64,000 bases of DNA from Promethearchaeota archaeon (GCA_030603385.1 JAUVXW010000003.1:1-64000), one strand, 5' to 3'; shown: positions 20,301 to 30,725, counted from the first letter of the stretch. A program made the numbers and translations. Notes: generated from the letters alone by a model not told the origin.

Positions 20301-20747
20301 CTACTCCTTTGGTTTTTTAATTAAAAAATCTATCATACTTTTTTCAAACGGTTCAAATTGATTTAATTCTGAGAAGTTAGCTCCATTGAATTTTTGAATA
20401 AACAATTGTAAAACCGGATTTACTCTTTCAAAAAATTTATTAACAAGTTTATCAGATTTCTTTTTCGATTTATCCACTAACCCATATAAAATTAACGATT
20501 CTTTCATATTATTATCCCCAGATTGGACTTCTGCTATTTTAAAAATAAATAAGATATTTCCTGATTCTAAATATTCTAAAGAACTCTTATGGAAAGCAGT
20601 TTCAACAAACGCATTTATAGCGGATATAAATGCACCTCTTAGGTCTTTGTTAACACCATGTTCTTTTTGAGCGGGTAAATCCATAAAAATATGATTGACA
20701 AGTACAAACCCACGGAAAACAAATCCTATCTCATAGAGCTCTTTCAA
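20301..20747 (-). CDS. Longin-like domain protein
   Basis: Size and beta-beta-alpha-beta-beta-beta-alpha pattern (LRGAFISAINAFVE, YLESGNILFIF, LILYGLVD). Confidence 0.6.
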   Translation of the reverse strand: MKELYEIGFVFRGFVLVNHIFMDLPAQKEHGVNKDLRGAFISAINAFVETAFHKSSLEYLESGNILFIFKIAEVQSGDNNMKESLILYGLVDKSKKKSDKLVNKFFERVNPVLQLFIQKFNGANFSELNQFEPFEKSMIDFLIKKPKE

Positions 20748-20889
20748 TTTTTGATCGATTACTTTAATTAGTTATAATTTTTCTTACTAAATTAGAAATT
20801 TTTTTCGTATTTAACTTTAAACTAAACATAGATAGTTTAGAGATTAAATTAAATTAGGAAAGGAAAAAATGATATGGAGTATTAACTTC

Positions 20890-21069
20890 TTAAGCTTTTT
20901 TTATTCCAAGCTCTTCTAATTTTTCTTTGAAAGGAAAGCCTGTATCCCACTCCCTACCACATTTTTCATAATAGACTTTTAAGTTTTCTTCTAAATCGAC
21001 AACAATTCCAGCGGGACCCCCAGTTTTTAAAGCTGTTAGTACAATTTTTAGTAAGTAATCATCTTCTCG
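20890..21069 (-). pseudogene. Remnant of an aldehyde:ferredoxin oxidoreductase C-terminus
   Basis: Manual translation REDDYLLKIVLTALKTGGPAGIVVDLEENLKVYYEKCGREWDTGFPFKEKLEELGIKKA*; preceded by in-frame TAG, no start codon. Confidence 0.75.
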
Positions 21070-21322
21070 CTAAATTACGTATTGCCTATGTTATGAATAA
21101 AATGGTTACTACAACCACAGGAGATCCGCATAGTACTAGACTCATCGAAGCGTTATATAATTAAATTTGATGAGGCGGTAAGGAATAAAGGTAGAAATGA
21201 ATAAGAAGTTGATCTTTAGAAATTGACTATATAAATATAGAAAATGACAAATAGTTTTTATTATCTAAAAAAATTGTATAAGAAAGAAATAAGGTAATAT
21301 TAAAAGTGGTGATAAAAAAAAA

Positions 21323-22537
21323 ATGAAAGTGTTAGCATTAGGTGGTTCTGGTGATATGGGTAGAATGGCTGTAGCTATACTCCTTGAATCTCCTAATATT
21401 TCATCAATTACTGTAGCAGATAAAAATTTTGAAAGGGCTAAACATTTTGTCAAATTAGTAGGATCTGATAAACTAAACCCGGTTGAAATTGATGTTGCTG
21501 AGCATGATAAACTAGTAGATTTAATTTCATCTCATGATATTGTTATGAATACGGTAGGTCCTTATTATAAATTTGCTACAATGATATTAGAAGCAGTTAT
21601 TAAGACTAAGAAACCGTATGTAGATATTTGTGATGATTGGAAACCAACATTAGATCTACTTGATATGAATGAAAATGCAAAGAAAGCGGGAATTACCGCT
21701 ATTATCGGGATAGGAGCGAGTCCTGGAATTACAAATTTGATGGCTATTCTTGCATGTTCTAAACTTGATGAAGTTGATGATCTTATTACAGCATGGGGTA
21801 CTTTTGGTGGCGGAACAGTAGGAGAGAGACCTAAATACTATGTATCTCCAAGAAGATTTTACAAAAAGTTTATGGACATGCCTATAATCGCTAATGCTGC
21901 AACTATGCATCTTTTTTATGAAACATTAGAAGATATTCCAACATACAAAGACGGGAAATTTATCAATATTAAACCTTTAACTGTCGCAGAACCCTATCAA
22001 TTTCCAGGATATAAAGATACATATGTGTGTTATATAGGTCATCCTGAACCTGTAACATTACCAAGAGTAATAAAGGCGAATTCTGTATCAAATTTAATGT
22101 ATATGGGTAAGATAATAACAGATGTAGTCCGTAAATATACTCAAAAGATATCTGATAAAGAACTTACAGTTAGCGAGGCATCAGTAAAATTTTATGAGGA
22201 ATTAAGAGAACGGGGAAGTGATCCAGAATTAGTTAAGGAATATATTGGTACACCTCCAGGACTAAGTGTCAAAGCAACAGGAACAAAAGACGGTAAAAGA
22301 AAAATAGTGGCAATCGCAAATGAACGTGTTCCATTTGGCGCGATGGCAGGAGTCACAGGAGTTCCATTAGCAATTGCAGTTGAGATGGTAATAAATGGAG
22401 AAATAACTGAAAAAGGTGTTCTTAGCCCTGAAGAATCATTCTCTGATCCAATGGGATTTCTTGATAAATATGCAAAATATTGTGGAAAAAATCTTTCTGG
22501 AAAGGATATCTTACTTATAAGGGAAGTGGAACTTTAA
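21323..22537 (+). CDS. Saccharopine dehydrogenase-like NAD(P) oxidoreductase
   Basis: LGGSGDMG, NTVGPYY, YVDICDD, GASPGITN, HPEP. Confidence 0.88.
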   Translation: MKVLALGGSGDMGRMAVAILLESPNISSITVADKNFERAKHFVKLVGSDKLNPVEIDVAEHDKLVDLISSHDIVMNTVGPYYKFATMILEAVIKTKKPYVDICDDWKPTLDLLDMNENAKKAGITAIIGIGASPGITNLMAILACSKLDEVDDLITAWGTFGGGTVGERPKYYVSPRRFYKKFMDMPIIANAATMHLFYETLEDIPTYKDGKFINIKPLTVAEPYQFPGYKDTYVCYIGHPEPVTLPRVIKANSVSNLMYMGKIITDVVRKYTQKISDKELTVSEASVKFYEELRERGSDPELVKEYIGTPPGLSVKATGTKDGKRKIVAIANERVPFGAMAGVTGVPLAIAVEMVINGEITEKGVLSPEESFSDPMGFLDKYAKYCGKNLSGKDILLIREVEL

Positions 22538-22596
22538 AACTCAAATAATATTTATATTTAATATATATAATACCAATTAACGAATGTAAAGTTATT

Positions 22597-23109
22597 ATGA
22601 CAAAACAATCAAAAGAAAAAATCTTAGAAAAAGCCTTTGAGTTAGGGCAGAAATTTGAAAAAAAAAATACTGGTTGTGCTCAGACATCAATAGCTGCTAT
22701 ATTTCAAGCATTAGGAATTTGGAATGATGATGTATTTAAAGCCGGAAGTGGGCTTGCTGATGGTTTAGGGCTCACTGGAGATGGATCTTGTGGCGCTCTT
22801 GTGGGTGCATCTATGGTAATTAGCTATCTTTTTGGAAGAGAATATAAAGATTTTGGAGATATGTATAAGTCTATGGAATCATATAGGCTTGTAAAGAAAT
22901 TACATGATATTTATGTTGAAAAATACGGTTCTTGTAGATGTTTTGATGTTCAAGAATCGTTGGTGGGTAGAACTTATGATTTGTGGGATCCTGATGATTT
23001 GAAAGCAGCGTTCGAATCTGATATGATGGAACATTGTTCAAAACTTGTAGGAACTATTGCTAAACTTGCAACTGAGATAATTTTAGACGCAGGGTTCACC
23101 CCTGAATGA
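22597..23109 (+). CDS. C-GCAxxG-C-C family redox protein
   Basis: GCAQ, GSCGALVG, GSCRC, HC. Confidence 0.85.
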   Translation: MTKQSKEKILEKAFELGQKFEKKNTGCAQTSIAAIFQALGIWNDDVFKAGSGLADGLGLTGDGSCGALVGASMVISYLFGREYKDFGDMYKSMESYRLVKKLHDIYVEKYGSCRCFDVQESLVGRTYDLWDPDDLKAAFESDMMEHCSKLVGTIAKLATEIILDAGFTPE

Positions 23110-23139
23110 ATTGTTTAAATTATAAGTAAAATAAGGGGA

Positions 23140-23664
23140 TTGAAAATGGTAAAAAAGGATTTGGAATCTAAATTTGATGAAAAAATTAAAGAATTAGAGG
23201 CAGAATTACCAAGTAAGAATGTAGGTGTAAACTGTGCTGAATTAACATTAACAAGTATCTTAGAGGTGCTTGATGTTGATAACTATTTGTTTCATAATAT
23301 TGCCAAACCTTTAGCTGGTGGATTTGGAGGGTATAAGTCGGAAAAGGGATGGATGGGCGCTTGTGGTGCTGTAGCAGGAGGATGTGCTGCAATTGGAGCT
23401 ATAATGGGTGGGAAAAAATTAATGGACGATCAGACTATGACAATGGCATATTTTAAAGCTGCGAAATATTGTACTGAATTCGAAAATCAATTTGGGTCTG
23501 TTATATGTTCGGAATTATGCGGTTATGACTTCAGTAAACCAGAAAACTACTTGCAATATAGAGAAAATGGTATTTGGGAAAAAACTTGTTATAAACTTGT
23601 GGTATGGGGAGTGGATAAGATACGAAAATTAACTCAAGAAGACTTAAAAAAAAAATGGGAATAA
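23140..23664 (+). CDS. C-GCAxxG-C-C family redox protein (tandem paralogue)
   Basis: NCAE, GACGAVAG, GSVICSEL, TC. Confidence 0.85.
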   Translation: MKMVKKDLESKFDEKIKELEAELPSKNVGVNCAELTLTSILEVLDVDNYLFHNIAKPLAGGFGGYKSEKGWMGACGAVAGGCAAIGAIMGGKKLMDDQTMTMAYFKAAKYCTEFENQFGSVICSELCGYDFSKPENYLQYRENGIWEKTCYKLVVWGVDKIRKLTQEDLKKKWE

Positions 23665-23780
23665 ATTAATAATCAATTTTTATAATGTTATTTTTTTTTG
23701 AAATTAAAAATTTTTTATACTAATAATGGTATATTAAAATTATTCAAAGGTATGTTTTTATTTTTTAAAGAAAAGAGGTA

Positions 23781-24035
23781 ATGAATATGGCTGATGAAGA
23801 AGAATCTCGCTTCTGCCCTTACTGTGGAATTGCATTGAAGCATCCATATTGGGCTCATGTCCAAGCAGAACATCCCGAGAAATATTCACAGAAGGAAACA
23901 TGGATAAAATTATATGAAGATTATACTGGTTTAGGAATGGATGAAACTACATCATTAATGGTTATTTCAGAATTATTCAACGCAACCCAGGAAGAAATTA
24001 AATCTTTCCTAAAAAATGCGAAAGTGATGAAGTAA
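23781..24035 (+). CDS. Small C2H2 zinc-finger protein
   Basis: CPYC-x10-HVQAEHP. Confidence 0.75.
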   Translation: MNMADEEESRFCPYCGIALKHPYWAHVQAEHPEKYSQKETWIKLYEDYTGLGMDETTSLMVISELFNATQEEIKSFLKNAKVMK

Positions 24036-24119
24036 AATTTTATAGATACAACGATTTCTTTTTAAGAATAAAAATAAATAAGAATATAGGATAAAATAAT
24101 TTAAAAGATATAATTCTAA

Positions 24120-24425
24120 TTAAAACTCTTCTTCTTCTTCGCTTTCTTTAAGCAATCCAGCTTGTTTTAATAAATCCTCTACGCTATCTCGAGCTTTAAT
24201 AACTTGTTCATTTTCTTGGAGGTTAAGTTGTTCTATCATAGAATCAGAAAATTCCATAAGTTTACTAATAGCTTCACTCGAAAATTCTTTTACTTTTTCA
24301 GAAGTTTCCTCAATAAAATCTCTTCCAGATTCTCCGAAAACACTACCAACAAAATCCTCGAGAGCACTATTCATCTTATCAATGAAATTTTCTTTTTCTT
24401 CTCCTTCTTCATCACTCATGTTCAT
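24120..24425 (-). CDS. Acidic helical hypothetical protein
   Basis: ORF track; plausible composition, AAGGT upstream. Confidence 0.65.
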   Translation of the reverse strand: MNMSDEEGEEKENFIDKMNSALEDFVGSVFGESGRDFIEETSEKVKEFSSEAISKLMEFSDSMIEQLNLQENEQVIKARDSVEDLLKQAGLLKESEEEEEF

Positions 24426-24521
24426 GTACCTTTTTTTTAAGATTAATTAAATTCTATAATTTTTTTAAATATTAAAATTCATGTGCTCTGTTTTAAAATT
24501 ATGTAATATTTTCAGATTTTA

Positions 24522-26018
24522 GTGATAATCATGAGTGAAAATCACTTTCTACATGGATTTTTAAACCCAAAAAGTGTTGCTTTCTACGGGACGAATAATA
24601 AAGGTAGTTCTTTAGCTGCTATACAAATTATGAATTTGATTAAGTCTAATTATGATGGAAAGATATATCCCATTCATTTAAAATTAGATTCAGTTATAGG
24701 ATTCAAAGCTTACAAATCAATAGCAGAAATACCAGAAATACCCGAACTTGTTGTTATTGTTTTATCCGCTAAAGTTGTTCCACAAATTTTTAAAGAATGT
24801 GGAGAAAAAGGAGTAAAAAGGATTATTGTGATTTCTGGAGGTTTTAGGGAGTTAATTGGAGACCGTGAAAATACACTTACAGAAGAAATCAATAAGATAT
24901 CTCATCAATATGGGATACGATTTATAGGTCCTAACTGCTTGGGTGTTTTTAATAACTGGTATGGAGCAAGAAAGGAAAATTTAGCTTTCAATATTTCTAT
25001 TTGGGAACATATAAAGAAAGATAATTTCTCAATTGCTTCTCAGAGTGGTACTCTTTCAAGCCATATTTGGTTTGATCCCGGAAGCTTAGACATAGGCTTA
25101 AGTAAGTCTCTTTCAGTGGGTAATGAAGCAAATATTGATATAGTAGATTGTTTAGAATACTTTAAAGATGATGAGGATACTAAAGTAATTGGATTATATA
25201 TTGAAGAATTAAAACGTGGAAAAAGATTTCTAGAATTAGTTAAGGAAATTACACCCAAAAAATCTATTGTAGCAATATATGTTGGGGGTTCAGAGGCAGG
25301 AAATCGCGCTCTTCGGAGCCATACGGGTTCATTAGCAGGTGATGCTAAAGTTTATAGTGCGGTATTCAAAGAAACAGGGATTATACAAACAGATTATGTT
25401 CAAGAATTTTTAGATATAGCAATGATATTAAGTCGAGAGATATTGCCCAAAGGAAATCGTTTTGGTGTGATAACTAATTCGGGAGGTCCTGGAGCAATGG
25501 TTGCGAATAACGTGGAAAATAAAGGGTTGATTGTACCAGAATTATCTGAATCCCTTCAAACTCAATTGATAGAGATTTTACCTTCAAACGCAAGTGCTAA
25601 AAATCCAGTAGATTGCGCTTTTGATATGAATTTGCCATACTTCTATATCACATTACCTGAAATTCTAATGAAATCTGGTGAGATCGATGCTATTATTCAG
25701 TATGGGGTTGTAGGATTTCAGGATGTTTTAGATGACTATCTTAAGTATGATAAAATTGCTAAGCACGCAGAATTTCAACATCAACCCTCCGAAGTTATGG
25801 ACTCATTAGCGCAGAAATTATTACTCCCCACCATGAAAAATTCAGAAAAATTTTCAATCCCAATTTTATATGTGAATCCAATGAGCTTTACAAGCCCTTG
25901 GTCTAAACGATTAAGAAAAAATGGAGCACTACTCTTTCAATTATGGGATAGACCTGTAAATGCACTAGCGAAAGTATGTGAATATGTAAATTATAAAAAA
26001 AAATATGAAAATTGCTAG
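24522..26018 (+). CDS. acdA: ADP-forming acyl-CoA synthetase alpha subunit (CoA-binding)
   Basis: FIGPNCLG, SQSG, VGNEA, SHTGSLAG, TNSGGPG, NPVD. Confidence 0.88.
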   Translation: MIIMSENHFLHGFLNPKSVAFYGTNNKGSSLAAIQIMNLIKSNYDGKIYPIHLKLDSVIGFKAYKSIAEIPEIPELVVIVLSAKVVPQIFKECGEKGVKRIIVISGGFRELIGDRENTLTEEINKISHQYGIRFIGPNCLGVFNNWYGARKENLAFNISIWEHIKKDNFSIASQSGTLSSHIWFDPGSLDIGLSKSLSVGNEANIDIVDCLEYFKDDEDTKVIGLYIEELKRGKRFLELVKEITPKKSIVAIYVGGSEAGNRALRSHTGSLAGDAKVYSAVFKETGIIQTDYVQEFLDIAMILSREILPKGNRFGVITNSGGPGAMVANNVENKGLIVPELSESLQTQLIEILPSNASAKNPVDCAFDMNLPYFYITLPEILMKSGEIDAIIQYGVVGFQDVLDDYLKYDKIAKHAEFQHQPSEVMDSLAQKLLLPTMKNSEKFSIPILYVNPMSFTSPWSKRLRKNGALLFQLWDRPVNALAKVCEYVNYKKKYENC

Positions 26019-26092
26019 TACAACGCTAAATGGTAAGAATGATATTGTTTTAATTACTTCTTATAACGCTCTTTTTATAAATTGTTATTATT

Positions 26093-29002
26093 CTATTGAA
26101 TTATTTTTTTAAATTTTTTTGAATCTTTTATATTATTAAAATCTGTGTCTTCTTCCGCCAATTTTTTATATTCATTATCCAGTTCAACCACTTTTTTTAG
26201 TAGCTGAAGAGCTTCTTCCTCATTATTCAATAAAGATGCTAAACATGATGAATTATAAAGTGAACTAGGATCATTTGATTCAATTTTTAATACTTTTTGA
26301 AAACACTCTTTAGCTTCAATTAATTTTCCCAATTTAGCTAGAAGATTTCCTTTACAGGCCAAAGCATCAACATAATTTGGATCTTTTTCTAAGGCATTAT
26401 TATAGTACTCAAGTGCATCATCATACCTTTCTAATTCAACTAAAGCATTTGCTATATTAGTTAATGCAATTATAAAGTCTGGATCTATTTCAAGAGCCCT
26501 TTCGAAACATTTTAGGGCTTTCTTGAATTTTTTAAAATGGTTAAATAATATACTTCCTTTATTCACCCATGTTTTTATGTTTGTTGGATCTATATCAAGT
26601 ATTTTGTCATAATATTTTATTGCCTCTTCATATTTTCCAGAATCATCCAAAGTTAAACTTTTATGATATAATGCATGTAAATCATTGGGATTCGTTTCGA
26701 GGATATTATCAAAACAATTAATTGCTTCTTCATATCTTTGTAATTCAATTAAAGCTATTCCTTTATTCCCTAAAGTACTTATATCATTGGGGTCAATTTC
26801 AAGTATTTTATTAAAATATTCCATTGCTTCTTCATATCTTTGTAATTCAATTAAAGCTATTCCTTTATTTCCTAATGCGCTTGTATCATTGGGGTCAATT
26901 TCAAGTATTTTATTAAAATATTCCATTGCTTCCTCATATCTCTGCAATTGACTTAAAGCTATTCCTTTATTTCCTAAAGCTCGTATATCATTAGGTTCAA
27001 TTTCAAGTATTTTATTAAAATATTCAATTGCTTCGTCATATTTCTGTAATTCACTTAAGGTTTCACCTTTGTTACTTAAGGTGTATTTATCATTTGGCTC
27101 AATTTCAAGTATTCTATTAAAATATTCAATTGCTTCCTCATATCTCTGTAACTCACTTAAAGCTATGCCTTTACACCCTAAAGCATTTATATTATTTGGT
27201 TCCTTCTTAAGTATATTACTAAAATATTCAAGTGCACCTTTGTAATCTTTTAAATTAAGTAATGATAAAGCTTTATGGAAAATAACATGGTTATCATCTG
27301 GTTTAAATTCAAGTATTTTATCGTAACATTTAATGGCTTCTTCATCTTTGTCTAATTCATATAAGCAAATACCCTTATACAAAAGGGATAATTCGTCATA
27401 GGTATCATCTACAAGATTTTCATTAAATGAATTAATGGCTTGTTCGTATTTCTTCTGTATAAAAAAGATCATTCCCTTGTCAAAGAATAATTCTTTATAT
27501 TCTGGGTCTTTTTCATGAACTTTGTTAATGTAATCTATGACCTTATCGTATTCTTCTTTATCCATATGTTTTTGGATTTCCTCTTGATCTGTAGAGGATA
27601 TTTTCTTTGAAAAATTTATTTTTAATTGATCAAAACTTTCTAAATGATGATATGTCAGAAATTCAGGTTGTTCAAGTGCAAATCCCAATCCTTCTCGACG
27701 ATACCTATGGTTAAATTTAGATTTTTCTTCATTGTATTTATTTATTAGAGTTTTAACTACTTCAGCATCATAAATATTTAAGTTGTTTAAAAGTGTATGA
27801 CTTTTTGAAGTTAAAAACCAAAAACAATTTTTTGATTCAAGGAAATTATTTTCAACAAGAAAATTAATTACAAAATTCCCAAAATTATTAAAAATAATCT
27901 CTCTGATCGTTATAATACCATTTAAGGAATAAAATTGCATTCTATTATTTTTTAGGAAAATTTCCTTTAGAATATTTTTATCTTCTATGCTGTTATCTAA
28001 ACTATCAATTAAATTTTCTTTTTCTGTCGAATCAAAGGCAAATTCATCAAGATTCTTAATTTTCTGAAACAGATCTAATAGTTCTAAGGTTATATCCTCA
28101 AATTTTAAGATTTTTTTCAATATCTCCCAACATAATTTTAGAAATAATAAAACTTCTAGTCCTTTATTGAGAAAAAGGAACTCTAGAAGTTCTGCTTTAA
28201 TATTTAATTTAGAAATTCTTTCTTCAAATCTTACTTGATATTTAATATCTAATGGAGTTATATTCTCAATATTTTTGAAAATATCGTCAAACACGTAAGG
28301 GAGATCCTCCAAGTTTTCAACGGAAATAAGTTTAGAAGTTTTATCACTTGAGAAATAATATTCTAAAATATTTTTAGAAATATCTTGTTGTTTAAAAGGA
28401 CAGAAATTTTGAATGCTGATACAATCCCATGCTTTCCAATCTGAAAAATCCTCAATTACATCGCACATAGAATAAAAAGAAGTACTTTTAGGAATAGATT
28501 TAATTTTCAAATATTTACAATTTTTTAATTTATATGTATTTCTCACGTAAGCAATTCCTATTATATTAAGATTATCTTGTTCACTACACCAATCAGTTTC
28601 AATATAGTGAGCGGCTGAGACAGAATAATTAATTATTGCTAAGAGACAGTTTTGAATAATTTTTTTTAAAAGCCGTTTCATCTGGAATGCTTCAGATGTG
28701 TATTGTTTTATCAATGTAGTAGGAAATCGGATTATTTTATCTTTAAATTTATGATAAATGTATCTACTTGTTATACATAAGTACCCTCGATTCGTAAGAA
28801 TTCTGCAAATAAAATCCAAGTATGGCCAAGTATCAAAAGCACCCAATACAGCTATTCTATATTCATCACCAGGACCATAAAACAAATTGTTTAACTCAAA
28901 GTCAATAAAATCTTGGACATTTTTTTTCACAATATCATTAACTGTATCAAATTTGTTAAGATAAAATTTTATAACAGATTCTGATAAATCTCCATTATTC
29001 AC
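26093..29002 (-). CDS. Large TPR protein with N-terminal Rossmann-like (possibly NDT/TIR-like) domain
   Basis: About 13 TPR units in the C-terminal half; N-terminal YRIAVLGAF...CLLAIINYSVSAAHYIE. Confidence 0.85.
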   Translation of the reverse strand: MNNGDLSESVIKFYLNKFDTVNDIVKKNVQDFIDFELNNLFYGPGDEYRIAVLGAFDTWPYLDFICRILTNRGYLCITSRYIYHKFKDKIIRFPTTLIKQYTSEAFQMKRLLKKIIQNCLLAIINYSVSAAHYIETDWCSEQDNLNIIGIAYVRNTYKLKNCKYLKIKSIPKSTSFYSMCDVIEDFSDWKAWDCISIQNFCPFKQQDISKNILEYYFSSDKTSKLISVENLEDLPYVFDDIFKNIENITPLDIKYQVRFEERISKLNIKAELLEFLFLNKGLEVLLFLKLCWEILKKILKFEDITLELLDLFQKIKNLDEFAFDSTEKENLIDSLDNSIEDKNILKEIFLKNNRMQFYSLNGIITIREIIFNNFGNFVINFLVENNFLESKNCFWFLTSKSHTLLNNLNIYDAEVVKTLINKYNEEKSKFNHRYRREGLGFALEQPEFLTYHHLESFDQLKINFSKKISSTDQEEIQKHMDKEEYDKVIDYINKVHEKDPEYKELFFDKGMIFFIQKKYEQAINSFNENLVDDTYDELSLLYKGICLYELDKDEEAIKCYDKILEFKPDDNHVIFHKALSLLNLKDYKGALEYFSNILKKEPNNINALGCKGIALSELQRYEEAIEYFNRILEIEPNDKYTLSNKGETLSELQKYDEAIEYFNKILEIEPNDIRALGNKGIALSQLQRYEEAMEYFNKILEIDPNDTSALGNKGIALIELQRYEEAMEYFNKILEIDPNDISTLGNKGIALIELQRYEEAINCFDNILETNPNDLHALYHKSLTLDDSGKYEEAIKYYDKILDIDPTNIKTWVNKGSILFNHFKKFKKALKCFERALEIDPDFIIALTNIANALVELERYDDALEYYNNALEKDPNYVDALACKGNLLAKLGKLIEAKECFQKVLKIESNDPSSLYNSSCLASLLNNEEEALQLLKKVVELDNEYKKLAEEDTDFNNIKDSKKFKKIIQ
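26682..27200 (-). repeat. Near-identical 102-nt tandem repeats encoding TPR units
   Basis: Unit containing tcaatttcaagtattttattaaaatatt recurs at about 26784, 26886, 26988 and 27090. Confidence 0.85.
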
Positions 29003-29051
29003 CTAAATATCATACTCTTGATTTTTGTATATTAAAGAATTTCTCTCTTAT

Positions 29052-29089
29052 CATTTATTATTGTATTACCATTTATTATTGTATTACCA
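29052..29089. repeat. 18-bp tandem duplication in the upstream region of the TPR gene
   Basis: CATTTATTATTGTATTAC x2 (29052-29069, 29070-29087) plus CA. Confidence 0.8.
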
Positions 29090-29289
29090 AATATAAAAAT
29101 AATTTTATTTCTAATTGATGAATTAATTATAGCTAAGAATCTAGAGAGGACTTATTCTAAGCAATTACAGAAATTTATGAGAGCAATGCGAATCGTCATA
29201 AAGGCACCCAACCTAGATATCGTAGGTAAAATATGTAGAATATAAAAACTGATTTGAAAAAAAGGTTTAATGACATAAATGCTATTAAA

Positions 29290-30725
29290 CTAGTTATTCC
29301 CACTCTTAATTAGGCGATGAAAGGGTAGTTTATATCCTTCTGGGAAAGGAGACTTATAACCTTTGTCTTTAAACGTATTATCGAACTCTTTACGTGCTTT
29401 TTCTACTAATTCTGGATTATCTAAAAATTCTAAAGCAGTTAAACAAATGATCTGAGCAGCTTTAATCATACCTTTATGTCCTATACTCATTCCTGAAGTC
29501 GCCACATTTTGCCAAGAATGTCCTGGAGATCCTATTACATGGCATGCTGTACCAAATTCTCCTAATGGTGTATACCAGGATACATCTCCTACATCTGTAG
29601 AACCAGCAGCGACTGTTCCTTTTCCTAAAGGTGGAGATATGATGGGAAATAGTGCTTGTTCAAGATTTTTCATTGCCATATCTAACATATCAGAAGGTAT
29701 GATTTTTTTTATTTCTGTAAAATCAGGTGGTGGTACAGTTTTCTTCAATTCTTCGGCAAATCTTTGTTCGTCTTTATTAAATATTGGTGGACCAATTTGT
29801 CTCATTTTATCATAAATTACATTATTTACCACATCATTACGGATGGGATTATAAGTCCCACTTAGGAAATCAATTTCGAGTCGAGTTTCTGTCATTAATA
29901 CAGCACCCTCAGCTACTTTAATTAATCGATTATAAAGTTCATCAACTTGATATCGTTCAGGAGCTCGTACGAAATAATGTACTTCAGCTTCAGCTGGAAC
30001 TATATTAGGTGCAAGACCTCCATTAGTAATTACATAATGAAGTCGAGCATCAGGTATCATATGTTCACGCATGTAATTCGCACCAACATTCATAAGTTCT
30101 ACCGCATCGAGGGCGCTCCGTCCATTATATGGATCTGCAGCAGCATGTGCAGTTTTCCCATAGAATTTAAAAAATACAGAATTCATGGCAGTATTTGATT
30201 GGAGTGCAATCCCATTAAAAATCCCTGGATGCCACGTTATTGAGATATCAATATTCTCAAAGACTTGACCAGGATTAATCATATATCCTTTTGTATTAAA
30301 CACTTCTTCAGCGGGACACCCATAATACTTTATTGTCCCCTTTACTTCTCCAGCATCAAGTGCTTCTTTTACCGCCAAAACAGCTCCTACACCTGCAGTG
30401 CCTAAAAGGTTATGCCCACATCCATGACCAGGTGCTCCTTCCTTTAATGGCTTCTTTATGAACTCCGTAGTTTGACTTAATCCCGGTAAAGCATCATATT
30501 CACCTAATACCGCAATTATTGGTTTACCACTACCATAAGAAGCTACAAACGCCGTAGGTATTTCTGCTATACCCTCATCAACATTAAAGCCATTTTCCTT
30601 TAAAACTTTTGTTAATAGTTCTGAAGATTTATATTCTTGGAATCCCAATTCGGCGAATTCCCATATTTTATCACTAATTTCTATAAGAGTGTGTTGATTC
30701 CTCTTTATCCCTCTTGAATATTCAT
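29290..30725 (-). CDS. M20 amidohydrolase (AbgB-like), apparently frameshifted near its N-terminus
   Basis: GEYDALPG, HGCGHNLLG, PAEE, GSTDVGDVS. Homology extends upstream of 30648 (ISDKIWEFAELG), but the only nearby ATG (30725) is out of frame by 1 nt. Confidence 0.85.

Noticed and set aside
22597-23664. Selenocysteine readthrough in the C-GCAxxG-C-C proteins
   Set aside because: All motif positions are ordinary Cys codons; the TGA at 23107-23109 falls at the normal C-terminus.
26682-27200. Regular repeats as a possible CRISPR array
   Set aside because: The period is 102 nt, in frame within a TPR CDS, with no unique spacers and no cas genes.
29174-29230. c-di-GMP-I (GEMM) riboswitch resemblance (CCUA...GUAGGUA)
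   Set aside because: The P1 GNRA tetraloop and GCAAA elements are absent.
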